Below are positions 38,923 through 50,638 of a DNA stretch of 50,638 nucleotides, in pieces. The position numbers and the translations under genes are program-made. The first letter of the stretch is position 1. Each line of letters opens with the position of its first letter. A model generated the notes under the pieces. It was not told where the DNA came from, searched no databases, and saw only the letters and a list, made by a program, of their open reading frames with translations. This stretch comes from Octopus sinensis (Eukaryota). The DNA lies in NCBI RefSeq assembly GCF_006345805.1, contig NW_021835089.1, forward strand, positions 1 to 50,638, given 5' to 3'.

Positions 38923-39285
38923 TATAATCAAAATAAGCAAGATGGATGTCCAAGGTAGAATAGTACAATTGTTTCATGCTACTTCATTTTATTAAACACT
39001 GTAAGTATTACATCAGTTTTAAAATATCGAGCAATCTTATCCTTAAGAATGTGTATTGTCCGTTTAATTGAAAAATTCTATATGTGGCTGAAGATTGTTC
39101 GATACTTACAGTGTTTAATAAAATGAAGTAGCATGAAACAATTGTACTACTCTACCTTGGACATCCTTGTTGCTTATTTTGATTATAATCACCCCATTTG
39201 ATTTATATGGATAATACCAGACAAACTCTGGTGCCTTTAACTTAAGTACCATATTCATCTGAATCTAAATTTTGCTGAACTTATA
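38923..39285. mobile_element. Penelope-like element with ~86-bp inverted arms (38923-39008 / 39102-39187)
   Basis: Arms nearly identical in inverted orientation; flanked by (TA)n; same terminus at 25705-25780. Confidence 0.75.
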
Positions 39286-39289
39286 TATG

Positions 39290-39345
<56 letters not shown>

Positions 39346-40121
39346 CTTCCATCCATTCATCCACCCATGCATGCATACATACATACATACATATATATAG
39401 ATACATATATTTATATGTATGTACATACATAGACATACACTTACCCAGGTACACACCAATCGACACACTGATGCGCACACGCACACACATAAGTTCAGAT
39501 TACGGGTGTAAGCGATCAATCAACAATTAATCAAATAAATGAACGCCATACAACAGATTCAGCAAAATATTGTTGGTATGTAACCAAGTATGATTTGGGA
39601 TGTAGCCTAAAGGTCAAAAGTAGCTGGTGATAAATTGTGTCGGTAGTAAATAGTTAATAGAATTGTTAAAATGAATTGAATTGACGTGTTGACAGACTAA
39701 AAGTGAGGCCCACGCTCGAAACAGGAGTCTGACTTCAAAAAATGATATATGGGTTTCAAGCCTGTGAATGAATTCGCGGAATTTCGAAAGAAAGTAGGTG
39801 AAACTTAACATATCCGACCATGCGTGAAATAGAAAGAATATCAACAGTCTCGGGGTTGATTAATAAGGAAAGATGGAAGCCTAACGAAAGTGCAACCATT
39901 CTCTGTAGCAATAAGTGCAGCATGCTCCAACATTTGAGATTGGAAAGGGTGACATTTTTGAGGGGGCTACTAGAAATAGCTGTCAAATCTTCAGTTCACA
40001 CTGTCACTAATGGAGAGGTTCACCCAACATAACATACATACATACATACATATATACAAATATACGTACGTATGTACATACATACATACATACATACATA
40101 CATACATACATAATACATACA

Positions 40122-40154
<33 letters not shown>

Positions 40155-40284
40155 GCATACATAATACATACATGAGCATGTCTAGATATCCAACTATATG
40201 CATGAGGATACATACATAAAAGATACGAATCTGTACATACATACATACACTCATACATACATACGTACATACATACATATATAC

Positions 40285-40482
40285 ATAATTAATCCAAACA
40301 TGAACAAAGAGAAAACACAACAACGCGAGGACGCAGAACAAGTATTGGACGTACAGGAAAGGAAAGAAAGAAGAAGCATTTAACGCTTCGAGCGAAGCTC
40401 TTCGTCAGAAATATAGAAAAAAGGAAAAGTCCAAGGAAGGGAAGACGGTGATAGAAAATCGCCAACGATACACACGCGGTCA
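40285..40482 (-). mobile_element. Penelope-like pLTR fragment in a (TACA)n tract
   Basis: Pyrimidine-rich minus strand containing a minimal hammerhead; microsatellite on both flanks. Confidence 0.7.
40377..40413 (-). ncRNA. Minimal type-I hammerhead ribozyme (GAAA to GAAG change)
   Basis: Minus: tattt-CTGACGA-a-GAGC ttc GCTC-GAAG-CG-TT-aaatg; PLE-style minimal fold with loopless palindromic helix III (A/G)CGT. Confidence 0.75.
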
Positions 40483-40656
40483 TGCATGCCTACATACATA
40501 CAACATACATACATACATACATACATACATAGAAAAATACCCTGCTGCTGATGTTGTAATTCCAATGAAGGAGCCTTGGATCTAGGTTAGAAATCGGTTC
40601 TTTCACTATTGGCAAGAAATCTTGAAATAAACTGAATAATGACGTACATACATATA

Positions 40657-40905
40657 TGCAGAAGAGAAATAGTATAGAGTTGTAGAAATCATTTGCAGAG
40701 CAGATGTTAACGGAAAGCTAATGATCGGTGAAAAAGAGAATGCTTACGCTGAAATACTGAGAAATCTAGTTATTCTATCCATATTAGTTTACAGGTTTAT
40801 ACCTGCATTTATTGAGGTACTGGGATATGTAAGATACTGCCTAATTAGCAGTATTGTGAAATTAGGCTTCTTTCGGCCATAGATATAAAAAGATTTGATA
40901 AAACT
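40657..40905 (+). mobile_element. R4/Dong-clade LINE 3' fragment
   Basis: VVEIICRADVN..EKENAYAEILRNL..YRFIPAFIEVLGYVRYCL; homologous to the minus-strand end at 45300-45500. Confidence 0.75.
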
Positions 40906-40977
40906 AATATATATATATTATTACGGAGATGTACTCGTATAGCAAGTAATTTGATCTGAGATCGTGTACTGGAACGA

Positions 40978-41183
40978 AAGCAATTGCAGCGTGGAAGGTG
41001 TTTGTAAGCCATTTAAGAAACACACAAAAGCGTTCCATTCACTTCAACATTTAAGTTTAATTTCTCAAAATATTTTCGTCACTAAAATATTTTGACAAAT
41101 TAAACTTAAATGTTGAAGTGAATCGAACGGTTTTTGTGTGTTTCTTAAATGGCTTACAAACACCTTCCACGATGCAATTGTTT
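40978..41183. repeat. ~100-bp-arm near-perfect palindrome with 7-nt spacer (likely inverted pLTR fragment)
   Basis: Arm 40978-41076 and arm 41084-41183 are reverse complements with few mismatches; spacer cgtcact. Confidence 0.92.
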
Positions 41184-41465
41184 ATATATATTTATTTTAT
41201 TTATTTATTTTATTTTATTTATATTAAAATTTTATGTATTGATTAAGTCTTTCCTTGTTTGGTTTTAAAATAGTGGTTTTGTCTCGAATTATATTATATA
41301 ATATTTTACTATAAAATTGAATTTAACCCTAAATCTGATTTTTCCCTGTAATTTTGGATTCATTCCCTAATATTTATATATATATATATATACTTTTTAC
41401 ACGCGCACACACACACACACCACACACACACATATATATATATATTATATATATATATATATATA

Positions 41466-42061
41466 TATCAGATGAATAAAGTTAAAATAAGGTCGGTTTT
41501 CACATTTTTATTATTGTATCTAAAACATTTTACAATGTTGGATTGCGTTCATTATTTAAAAAAATATTCTGTGATGTTCATAAAGTTCAGTTGGCGCTTT
41601 CATACGTTCATAGTAATCATCATATTTCGAAATTTATTTATCTGACAGTTGAGTTCTTGACAATCGACTCCAACAAGCTAAATTTTTCGAATACACTGTT
41701 CAAACCTGTTCTGAACGAAAACAGCAACAACAATATAACAACTAGTTAAAATGTGGATTAAAAAATATCTTTGACATATAAATATAATCAAATTACAGAA
41801 AACGCCCACCAACTGAAATACAAACGATCGAAACCAACTAGGTTCGCTCACTCATAAAGCCATTATATGTGATGTTTAAGCTGCATGCAGATTGGTCAAA
41901 ACCGTATTCGAAAAATTCACCTGACAGCACTAATTCAACTTTATGTACATTACAAAATATATTTTTAATGTTTAACACACTTCAACATTGTAAAAAAGTT
42001 TTGGAATACAACAATAAAAATCATGAACACAAGTCCATGTTTTAACTTTATCGAACTAATA
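41466..42061. mobile_element. MITE with long (~135-bp) imperfect TIRs
   Basis: tatcagatgaataaagttaaaa.. versus ..ttttaactttatcgaactaata; internal inverted 14-mer aatttttcgaatac / gtattcgaaaaatt; TA-rich flanks. Confidence 0.8.
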
Positions 42062-42112
42062 TATTATTCTATACACATATACACAACTTCGGAATATGTA
42101 TATATATGTATA

Positions 42113-42195
<83 letters not shown>

Positions 42196-42256
42196 TCGGG
42201 GTGAGTACTTGATAATTATAAGCACCTGTGTATACCGTTTAGTGGTGTAGGTGGTG

Positions 42257-42385
42257 GTTTTATTTTATTTTATTTTATTATTTTATTTTATTATTTTATT
42301 TTATTTTATTTTATTTTATTTTATTTTATTTTGATCAATTTATTTTATTTTATTTTGATCAATTTATTTTATTTTGATCAATTTA
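42257..42385. repeat. (TTTTA)n grading into three copies of ttttattttgatcaattta
   Basis: Direct inspection. Confidence 0.9.
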
Positions 42386-42683
42386 TATATATATATATCT
42401 ATATATATTATATATATATATTGAGAACAAAGTCCTCAGAATTTTAGAAAAAAATATTTTTATTTCTTCATTATTATTATTTGCGCTTTTGTTCCTTTCT
42501 CGAACTTGTCACATAGAATTATGGAAATGAACAAACAGCTTGTTCATTTATATAAAATACAGGTGTTTGGGGAGGGGGTTGTTGTTTAGAAGAGAACATT
42601 GTTTTGTTTTTGGGGTGAAGTTCCATGACAACGGAGATGGATAGATAGAAATTATAGGTAGGTAGATAGGCTGTTAGACAGAC

Positions 42684-43216
<533 letters not shown>

Positions 43217-43635
43217 AATCAAGCCCACTGATTTTTCCCGGTGCCATACAGTGCGACTGAACCAGGAACCATGAAGTTGCGAAGCAAACTGTTTACTGTA
43301 CACCCACATCTGTATATTTATTTCGTTTCTCTTCTTATTTCTAAAAATCTCATCATACTACAATGTTTTCTATTTACTTCTCTTCGTTTAAAAGAAAAAA
43401 GAAGTTTGCTCCATTTCCTTTATACATTTAATCACAGTTTACATTTTGTGTCACAGTTTACACTTGTACTGCCTCTCCCTCGCCCTTACACTGTAACTTG
43501 TTCCTTTCTTTATTCTTTTGTGCGTTTCCTTCATTCTATTCTCTTTGGCCATCATTCGAACAGACATTAGTGTTTCTCTTTTTAAACAGACGTATGGAGA
43601 GACATACGTTCACACGGATATCTCCCTCGGTACAC

Positions 43636-43678
<43 letters not shown>

Positions 43679-43794
43679 TAGAAGGAGAGAGAGCTATAGA
43701 TAAGCAGAGAGATAGGTATGACAGATAAATAGATGATAGTTAGGTACATATATATATATATATATATATATAACATATAGAGAGAGAGAGAGAG

Positions 43795-43863
<69 letters not shown>

Positions 43864-43960
43864 AGAGAGAAAGAGTGCGAAGAAGGGATGTGCATGTATC
43901 GGTGTTTGCAAATATGTATGTGTATGTATATGCACATTCATATATTTGTGTGTATGTATT

Positions 43961-43991
<31 letters not shown>

Positions 43992-44110
43992 AGTATATAT
44001 ATATGTGTGTGTGTATATGTATGTATATATACATTTATATGTATATATACGCTCATATACGTATATAATCATTTATATACGCATATTGTGCTAACATACA
44101 TATACTTGTC

Positions 44111-44142
<32 letters not shown>

Positions 44143-44860
44143 CACATACATGTGTACGTGTGTATGCGAGAGAAAAAAAAACTGAGTAAAGCACACAAAT
44201 TATAATAGTGTTAAAGTACTTGAACCTAGTTTTTTCAGAAACTTTTGATTAAAGAACTCAATTTTCCGGCCACCCACGTCGTTTCGATTTATTTTTTTAT
44301 CTGTAGTTTTCTTCTTTTGCATATTCATGATTATATTTTTCAACGTTCTATTTTCTTTTATACTTCTGAATTTTTTCCCTCATCTACGAATTACAAATGT
44401 GTAAAAGTTCTTACATTCAGTTACTGACTAACAGCAGATGATAGTAAAAACTGGAAATTTGCTCTTTGTAATCGTTCTAGTGAATGCATCGGTAATTAAG
44501 TATAGTTCTATGTATGTCTGTATCTGTGAACATATGCTCACGATTCTTTGTAAATCCTATTTAGCATTACTTAAGAATTCTTGCGTATGATCCTGTACCC
44601 CTATGTGTGTATGCGTATCTGCTTGGGTAGTTCGTTTCAATGTGACCTTAAAATCCATATCTCATTTGTGTGATGTATGTCACTTGATTAGACATACATA
44701 TACGCAGGATTGTAAAGAAGTACTTGTATATGTACGTATGGTTATCTACCTGAATGTTGGGGAGAATAAAAAGAGGGGAACAAAAGGAGGGAGAAGGTAA
44801 GCCGTGAAATGAGAGAATACCTGTGCAGTAGGATATATATGTATGCATGCGTTCATATAT

Positions 44861-45285
44861 AGGCGCAGGTGTGGCTGTGTGGTAAGAAGCTTGCTTCTCA
44901 ACCACATCGTTCCGGGTTCAGTCTCATATTGCGCGGCACCTTAGGCGAGTGTTTTCTAAAATAGACTTGGGCAGGCCGAAGCGTTGTGAGTGGATTTGGT
45001 AGAGGGAAAATGGAAGAAACCAGTCGTATGTGTATGTATGCATGTGTGTGTGTGTGTGCATGTGTGTGTGTGTGTATGTTTGTCCCCCCCCCACCCCCAT
45101 CACTTGACAACAGATGTTGGTGTGTGTTTACGTCCCTGTAACTAGCGGTTCGGCAAAAGAGACCTATAGCATAACTACTAGGTTTACAAAGAATAAGTCC
45201 TGGGGTTGATATCTTCCATTAAAGCGGTGCTCCATCATGGCTGTACTCAGATGACTTAAATAGGTAAAAGAATAAAGGAATAAAA
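44861..45285 (+). mobile_element. SINE family C, full length
   Basis: aggcgcaggtgtggctgtgtggtaagaagc (A box), gggttcagtc (B box), internal (TG)n, 3' tail aagaataagtcctggggttgat..aaagaataaa. Confidence 0.9.
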
Positions 45286-45299
45286 CAATATACTATATG

Positions 45300-46700
45300 T
45301 GTAAGCCTAAATTTCTCAAGATTGGGGTGTAGGCAGTTTGTTACATATTCCAGGGCCCCAATAATTACAGGTATAAACCTGAACTTGTAATCTGGATAGA
45401 GTAACTGCAGCTTAGGTATTATGCTTTTTACTGATCTTCAGCTTAATTTTAACATTCGCTGGGCAGATAAATTATACAACTGTACACAGTTTCTCTTCTC
45501 AGTCCCAAATCATTGTATCAGGTCTGTTGTTCTTACATTTTATTGAGGTCTTCACTGGTACATTCCACCCGTATTCCTTTTTATTATGAGTGGCTATGTT
45601 TTGTACTATATCAATGTCTTTTATTTCTTTGTCCTCGGAGTTATCCTTCCGACCGATTTCATTGTAGAATGTCCTAGCTAAAACATCATGCTTCATCGGC
45701 AGATAATACGATGATGACATTTTCGGACAACTGCTTATGATGTGGGTGATATCTCACAAAGTCTGCATCGGTTGTCGCATTTTCTGTTTTTTCTGCATCT
45801 CTATCCCTTTTGTGCATCAGGTACTTGGTTGATATTACCTATTCTTGGATTGCAAACGGATATCTTTCACAGTGGAAGCTAGTACTCCGGGTATTGGTCC
45901 ATGATTGACTGCTTCGATGATCAATATTACTATCATCACGGAGCTTTTCTTCTAGTATACCCATGCATTGTCTTGTGATCATATAGGCTCATCCTTTCAT
46001 CTGATGATACATTGCGATATAGTCGCTCAACTTCTTTGGGCATGTATTCCAGGTTATCAGACAAAAAATGTCACTCAAGGAACTGCCTTCCAAGTCTTAT
46101 GATGTGATCAGCCTCATGTATGCAAACTTGGTCAAGGGATGCACTTTGTCCCTTGATGGTTAAATGATGTTGCCGAAGGTATTTGATACGACATTCAAAG
46201 GCATTTTAGATCGATGTTAAGCCTCTGCTGTCTTGTTTACGCTTTAGATAGAAGCGGTCTATATCACTGTTTATGCGGAAATTATGTGTTTGTTAGTATT
46301 TTTCAGATTTTCACATCAATGGCTCGGATCTCATCAAGTGTCCAATCAAGCAGTCCAAATGTTGGTCTGAGTACTGACACTGCAAATACATTGTGAGCCA
46401 CTGTTTTATTGAATGCAGAGAGTTCTGAGGTCCAAATTTTCTTTATTCGGCTGTAATATTCTTCAGTGACACGTGTTTTGTTACAGGTACCATTGTAAGA
46501 TATAGTTTCATCCACCCATAGATACCTGTAATTTTTCTCTCTAGATATAGGGGAAACAGTCAAATCATTAATGGAGATGTCGCTAGTCTAGTTTATAGTT
46601 CTCCCCCATTTTCACAACCATACAACATTTATCCTGACCAAACTCCAGCCCTGCATCTTTTGAGAATGTTGTAACTAGGCCAAGGCACTTCTTCATCTCA
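45300..46700 (-). mobile_element. R4/Dong-clade LINE, 5'-truncated and decayed
   Basis: YRYLWVDE..EYYSRIKKIWTSELSAFNKTVAHNVFAVSVL..FGLLDWTLDEIRAIDVK; CRLC..HIISSCP; YLPMKHD; NNRPDTMIWD (RLE). Confidence 0.9.
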
Positions 46701-47626
46701 TGCATATTCTTTGCATATATGTATATATGTATTTATGTATATATATGTATGTATGTTTGCATGTATGTATGTATGTGTGTGTGTGTATGGCAATTATTGT
46801 AAAAAACGCTGTCTTCGCTTCCAAGCTTGTAAAATGCCAGTATCTGGTTTACTCCCTTTCTGACTATTATGACTGCTGCCTTATTTCCTCAGACTAACCA
46901 ATGCAACCAAAACATTTTCCCCTTTTCAAAGTTTGGCATATTTATTAGACAAGATGTTCGGCATTAAGTAAGTTAGTGACATTTTGCTTAGTAAAAAAGA
47001 AAATTGTCTCTAGTAAAGAAAGAAATGAATTTCTTATGTGTTTACCATTTCTGGAGAACGTACCCAGCGCTTAACCAACTCCTGTGTTTATTTTATACGA
47101 AAATGCTTAAATGATAAATTGGTGAAACGGCGGCTCTGGAGCCAAAAGGTTGGCGATAACACATATGTTCCTGGTATATATATATATGACAGTCTAGCGT
47201 AGGGGTTAAATTGTTTATAGGACAAACAATCGTCAAAGCATTTCCTTCTACAGCTTTGCAACGTTCCTGTAAATGTTTAGTATCAAACAACACTCATCGA
47301 CATTTTCTGATGATGCTGGGCTACCACAACTCTCTAATAATGGATTTTCTGTCGATTTCCTAGAAGAATATTCACTTACAGAATGAACTCAATTCCCATC
47401 TACATATTAAATTAACCTGTAAGTGATTGAATATTCCAGAGGTATGTACAGCCATAACACAATTCAAAGGCTGAATTATTGTGATAAGATACATGAACAG
47501 ACAGGAGTTTTGAATTACTGGGTAATTCATCGAATGAGAAGTTTTAAAATGCTTCCATCTCTCAAGTTACGCGCAGAATCTACATATATATATAATATAT
47601 ATATATATAATATATATATATATTAT

Positions 47627-47663
<37 letters not shown>

Positions 47664-47696
47664 TTATGTATATATATATATATACATATACACACA

Positions 47697-47781
47697 CGAT
47701 GGATTTCAACACAGTTTCTGAGTACTACCTCGGGATTATTAGTCCGCGGCTTTGGTAAACAGAAACTGTGTTGAAACCTTC

Positions 47782-47785
<4 letters not shown>
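47697..47785. mobile_element. Small foldback element in (TA)n
   Basis: acgatggatttcaacacagtttctg / cagaaactgtgttgaaaccttcgt form inverted arms; resembles the SINE-C mid-domain end. Confidence 0.65.
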
Positions 47786-47827
<42 letters not shown>

Positions 47828-47829
<2 letters not shown>

Positions 47830-48180
47830 GTTCTGCGTTCAAATTCCGCCGGGGTCGACTTTGCCTTTCATCCTATCGGGGTCGATTAAATAAATACCAG
47901 TTACGCACTGGGGTCGATATAATCAACTTAATCCGTTTGTCTGTCCTTGTTTGTCCCTTCTCTGTTTAGCCCCTTCTGGGAAATAAAGAAATAAATACTT
48001 AGCGGTATTTCGTTTGTCTTTACGTACTGAATTCAAATTCTGCCGAGGTCAAATTTTGCCGTTCATTCCTTTCAGGGTCCATGAATTAAGTACCAGTTAA
48101 GCTCAGGGGGATCAATGTAATCAACGTAACCTCTTCTTCTCCACAAAATTTCTGACCTTTCACCAAAATTAGAAACCAAT
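47828..48180 (+). mobile_element. Two tandem SINE-B copies
   Basis: gttcaaattccgccggggtcgactttgcctttcatcc.. repeated at ~48030; the extension matches 36490-36590 in reverse. Confidence 0.85.
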
Positions 48181-48248
48181 ATTTACAGCAAGAAGAAGTA
48201 AGTAAACACTATGAAAGTTAATGAGTTGGTATAGCAACATGGTTCGAA

Positions 48249-48693
48249 TATAGTGAGATAACAAGGTAACCGTTAGTGGGAGGGGTTCGGAAGGTAAAGG
48301 ATGGGGGGGTTGAAATAAAATAAAGTAAAATAAAATAAAAGAGGATAAAATATAAAATAAAACGTATTAAAGTACAAGGAGGTGTGTGATGACTCAATAT
48401 TCGTGAGAGATTTAGGGATATAAAAGATTTAACGGTTCTTTATCCATCTATCTATCTATATATTGATCAATCCATCGATCGGTTGGTCGATTGCTTTATC
48501 CGTCTACCTCTCTATTTATCGACCTGTCATTCTGTCTCTAAACTTTGTTATGAACCTAATATTACTTCTATTTTTTTTTACCTTTTAATTTAATTTATCT
48601 TAATTTTTTTTATTTTAAATTATTATATTTCACCTTACTCCTTTACCGCCATATCCCCTCCTACTTACGGCATTACCTTGTTATCTCACTATA
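48249..48693. mobile_element. MITE with 21-bp perfect and ~110-bp imperfect TIRs
   Basis: tatagtgagataacaaggtaa (48249-48269) is the reverse complement of 48673-48693; similarity continues inward. Confidence 0.8.
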
Positions 48694-49607
48694 CTATGAA
48701 ATTTCCACAGTGTTTAACAGTATTTACACAGAAAGTGATTTAGTATACGTTGTATCATACAAACTACTGATTTGCCGGCTGTTTGTTCCATGACCTTATC
48801 GAATATCGATACATAGTGAAGGCCTTTATGTGTCTAATTGCTAAAATTTCAAGACATCAATAAATATCCTCTTTCGACTCACACAATACTGCCTTAAAAC
48901 CTGCAGGGGCACATGTGTATCATGTACATATCCAGATGATACATAACATTGGGTGGTCTCAGGTGAAACACCTTTGATCGTATGATGTCTATTCAATCAA
49001 TACTTAGTTGGTTCTGCACAAAAATAAAACAGCAAATAGCACTAATGAATTCTGAGTATTTACTAGTGCTGGTTATGTTACACGAACCGAGAACCTTTCT
49101 ATCGGCAATGAGCTAATAATCCTATCCGCACAACCATCGATAGAGCATTTCTATTAAAACGGAAAGAAGTATCAATCAATTAGGTGCTGAAATTTTTTTG
49201 CACCATGATTGAACAGATTACCAAATGTCTGGCTAAATCATACTTATTAATATCGCAGATTTGAGTTCGATGTGATATGGAAGAAAAATTATAGAAATTA
49301 AGAAAAAAGAAAAAGAGAAACTAATAACATTTTTCAGTTTAGCATACATACAGAGTTTTGTATCGCATAAAGATTATTTGTTTGAACTGGTGCTGCGAAA
49401 TTAGCTGGCGATGTGTTTAGCATACGAACAAAATAATTGCGGAGTACTCGTTTCATTCTGTAATTTTCATTTTTCCGTATCTTACATATGATTACTAACT
49501 ACAAATTTTGATAGATATGATTTTAAGATATAAGTAATATATTGTTAACATTTTGGATGATATATATATATATATATACATACAAATACCTATATAACCT
49601 ATATATA

Positions 49608-49646
<39 letters not shown>

Positions 49647-50207
49647 TGTATGTATATAGATATACATTATATACACGCAAAAATACATACATATGTGAAT
49701 ATGTACAATACATAATTTATTTACATATTGAATACATATCTATGTATGCATGTATGGATGCTTGCATGTATGTAACTCTATGTTTGTGTGTGTATGTGTA
49801 TTAATGTTTCTCTCGATAAATTTATATATTTATGTTTTGTTTACTAATATATCGCAGTCATTTTGAAATATAAATACTAAGAACAACAACAATAACAAAA
49901 AAATTTATACTAAATGAAGACAAAAACAAACAATGAAAAGGGAAAAGTGATAATATATTTCGAACGAACAGGGCAAATATATGTAAAAATCTGCAGGAAA
50001 TTTGCACCAGCTAATAGGAAGAGCTAACGACCTCCATCACAATAACGGGTGATTACAACATTTGAAAATAGTATAATGATATGCTGAAATGGTAAATCTT
50101 GAAAACATGATCAAAGGAACTGATACCGACATTTTACATACATACTTACTGGCGCGCACAAGCACATATATTGTGTATGTATATATTATCTATATATACA
50201 TATATGC

Positions 50208-50238
<31 letters not shown>

Positions 50239-50555
50239 ATATATATATAATATATATATATATATTAAAAGATAGTGCTGGAAGTATTTAGCAATCTAGT
50301 GTCGATCATACTACGTATTTATTTTGTTTATCATTGTATAGGTAATAAATATACACGTTGTGTATATGTGTGTATGTGTGTGTGTTAGTCTCTCTTGCGT
50401 ATGTGTATATGTGCGTTTATAGATGTTTGTGTGGAAGGCAGAGAATACATGTGTGTAATTTTTTTTTTTATTCTTATGTGTGAAGACGATCAGCAATGCT
50501 ATATGTCTGTCTGATTCACCTTTTACTAAATTGGAGAATTATATATTCTCTACAG

Positions 50556-50638
50556 TTATCGAATTACCGCCATCTGAACTCATAAATAAACCATGTGACT
50601 ACCTCAACCCCTTATACAATTATACTAGGAACCCTTTC
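50556..50638 (+). CDS. Candidate coding exon, runs off the window end
   Basis: Branch-like tactaa, acceptor ttctctacag; only the phase-1 frame stays open: xIELPPSELINKPCDYLNPLYNYTRNPF. Confidence 0.45.

Noticed and set aside
40545-40615. Hammerhead-like GTTAGAAATCGGTTC with upstream CCAATGA/CTGATGT
   Set aside because: No helix I can be formed and the core is too degenerate; a simple hairpin explains it equally well, though it may be a decayed pLTR.
40795-40816. Apparent AG...GT microexon
   Set aside because: Part of an R4-clade LINE C-terminal remnant (YRFIPAFIEVLGYV).

Overview
AT-rich, microsatellite-saturated eukaryotic non-coding or intronic DNA. The SINE families and the very dense (TA)n/(GATA)n/(TATG)n tracts point to an octopus genome (inference). 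Almost all listed ORFs are translated simple repeats. The recognisable protein-coding remnants all belong to transposons: a Mariner transposase pseudogene (1-925), three 5'-truncated Tx1/L1-type LINE copies whose 3' ends abut (GATA)n, four R4/Dong-clade (RLE endonuclease) LINE fragments and an RTE fragment. Many tRNA-derived SINEs of about three families, several MITEs and local duplications are also present. The most interesting layer is a set of short, unrelated, ORF-less elements sitting inside (TA)n/(TACA)n tracts. They carry type-I hammerhead ribozyme folds (26611-26668, 26943-27015, 40377-40413, eroded 20775-20864), each with a non-canonical core nucleotide, and show the direct plus inverted terminal repeats typical of Penelope-like pLTRs or retrozymes. 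A few isolated splice-signal-bounded segments (6681-6751, 15-nt microexon 24126-24140, 50556-end) may belong to a large plus-strand host gene but cannot be confirmed from sequence alone. No rRNA, bona fide tRNA or CRISPR array was seen.
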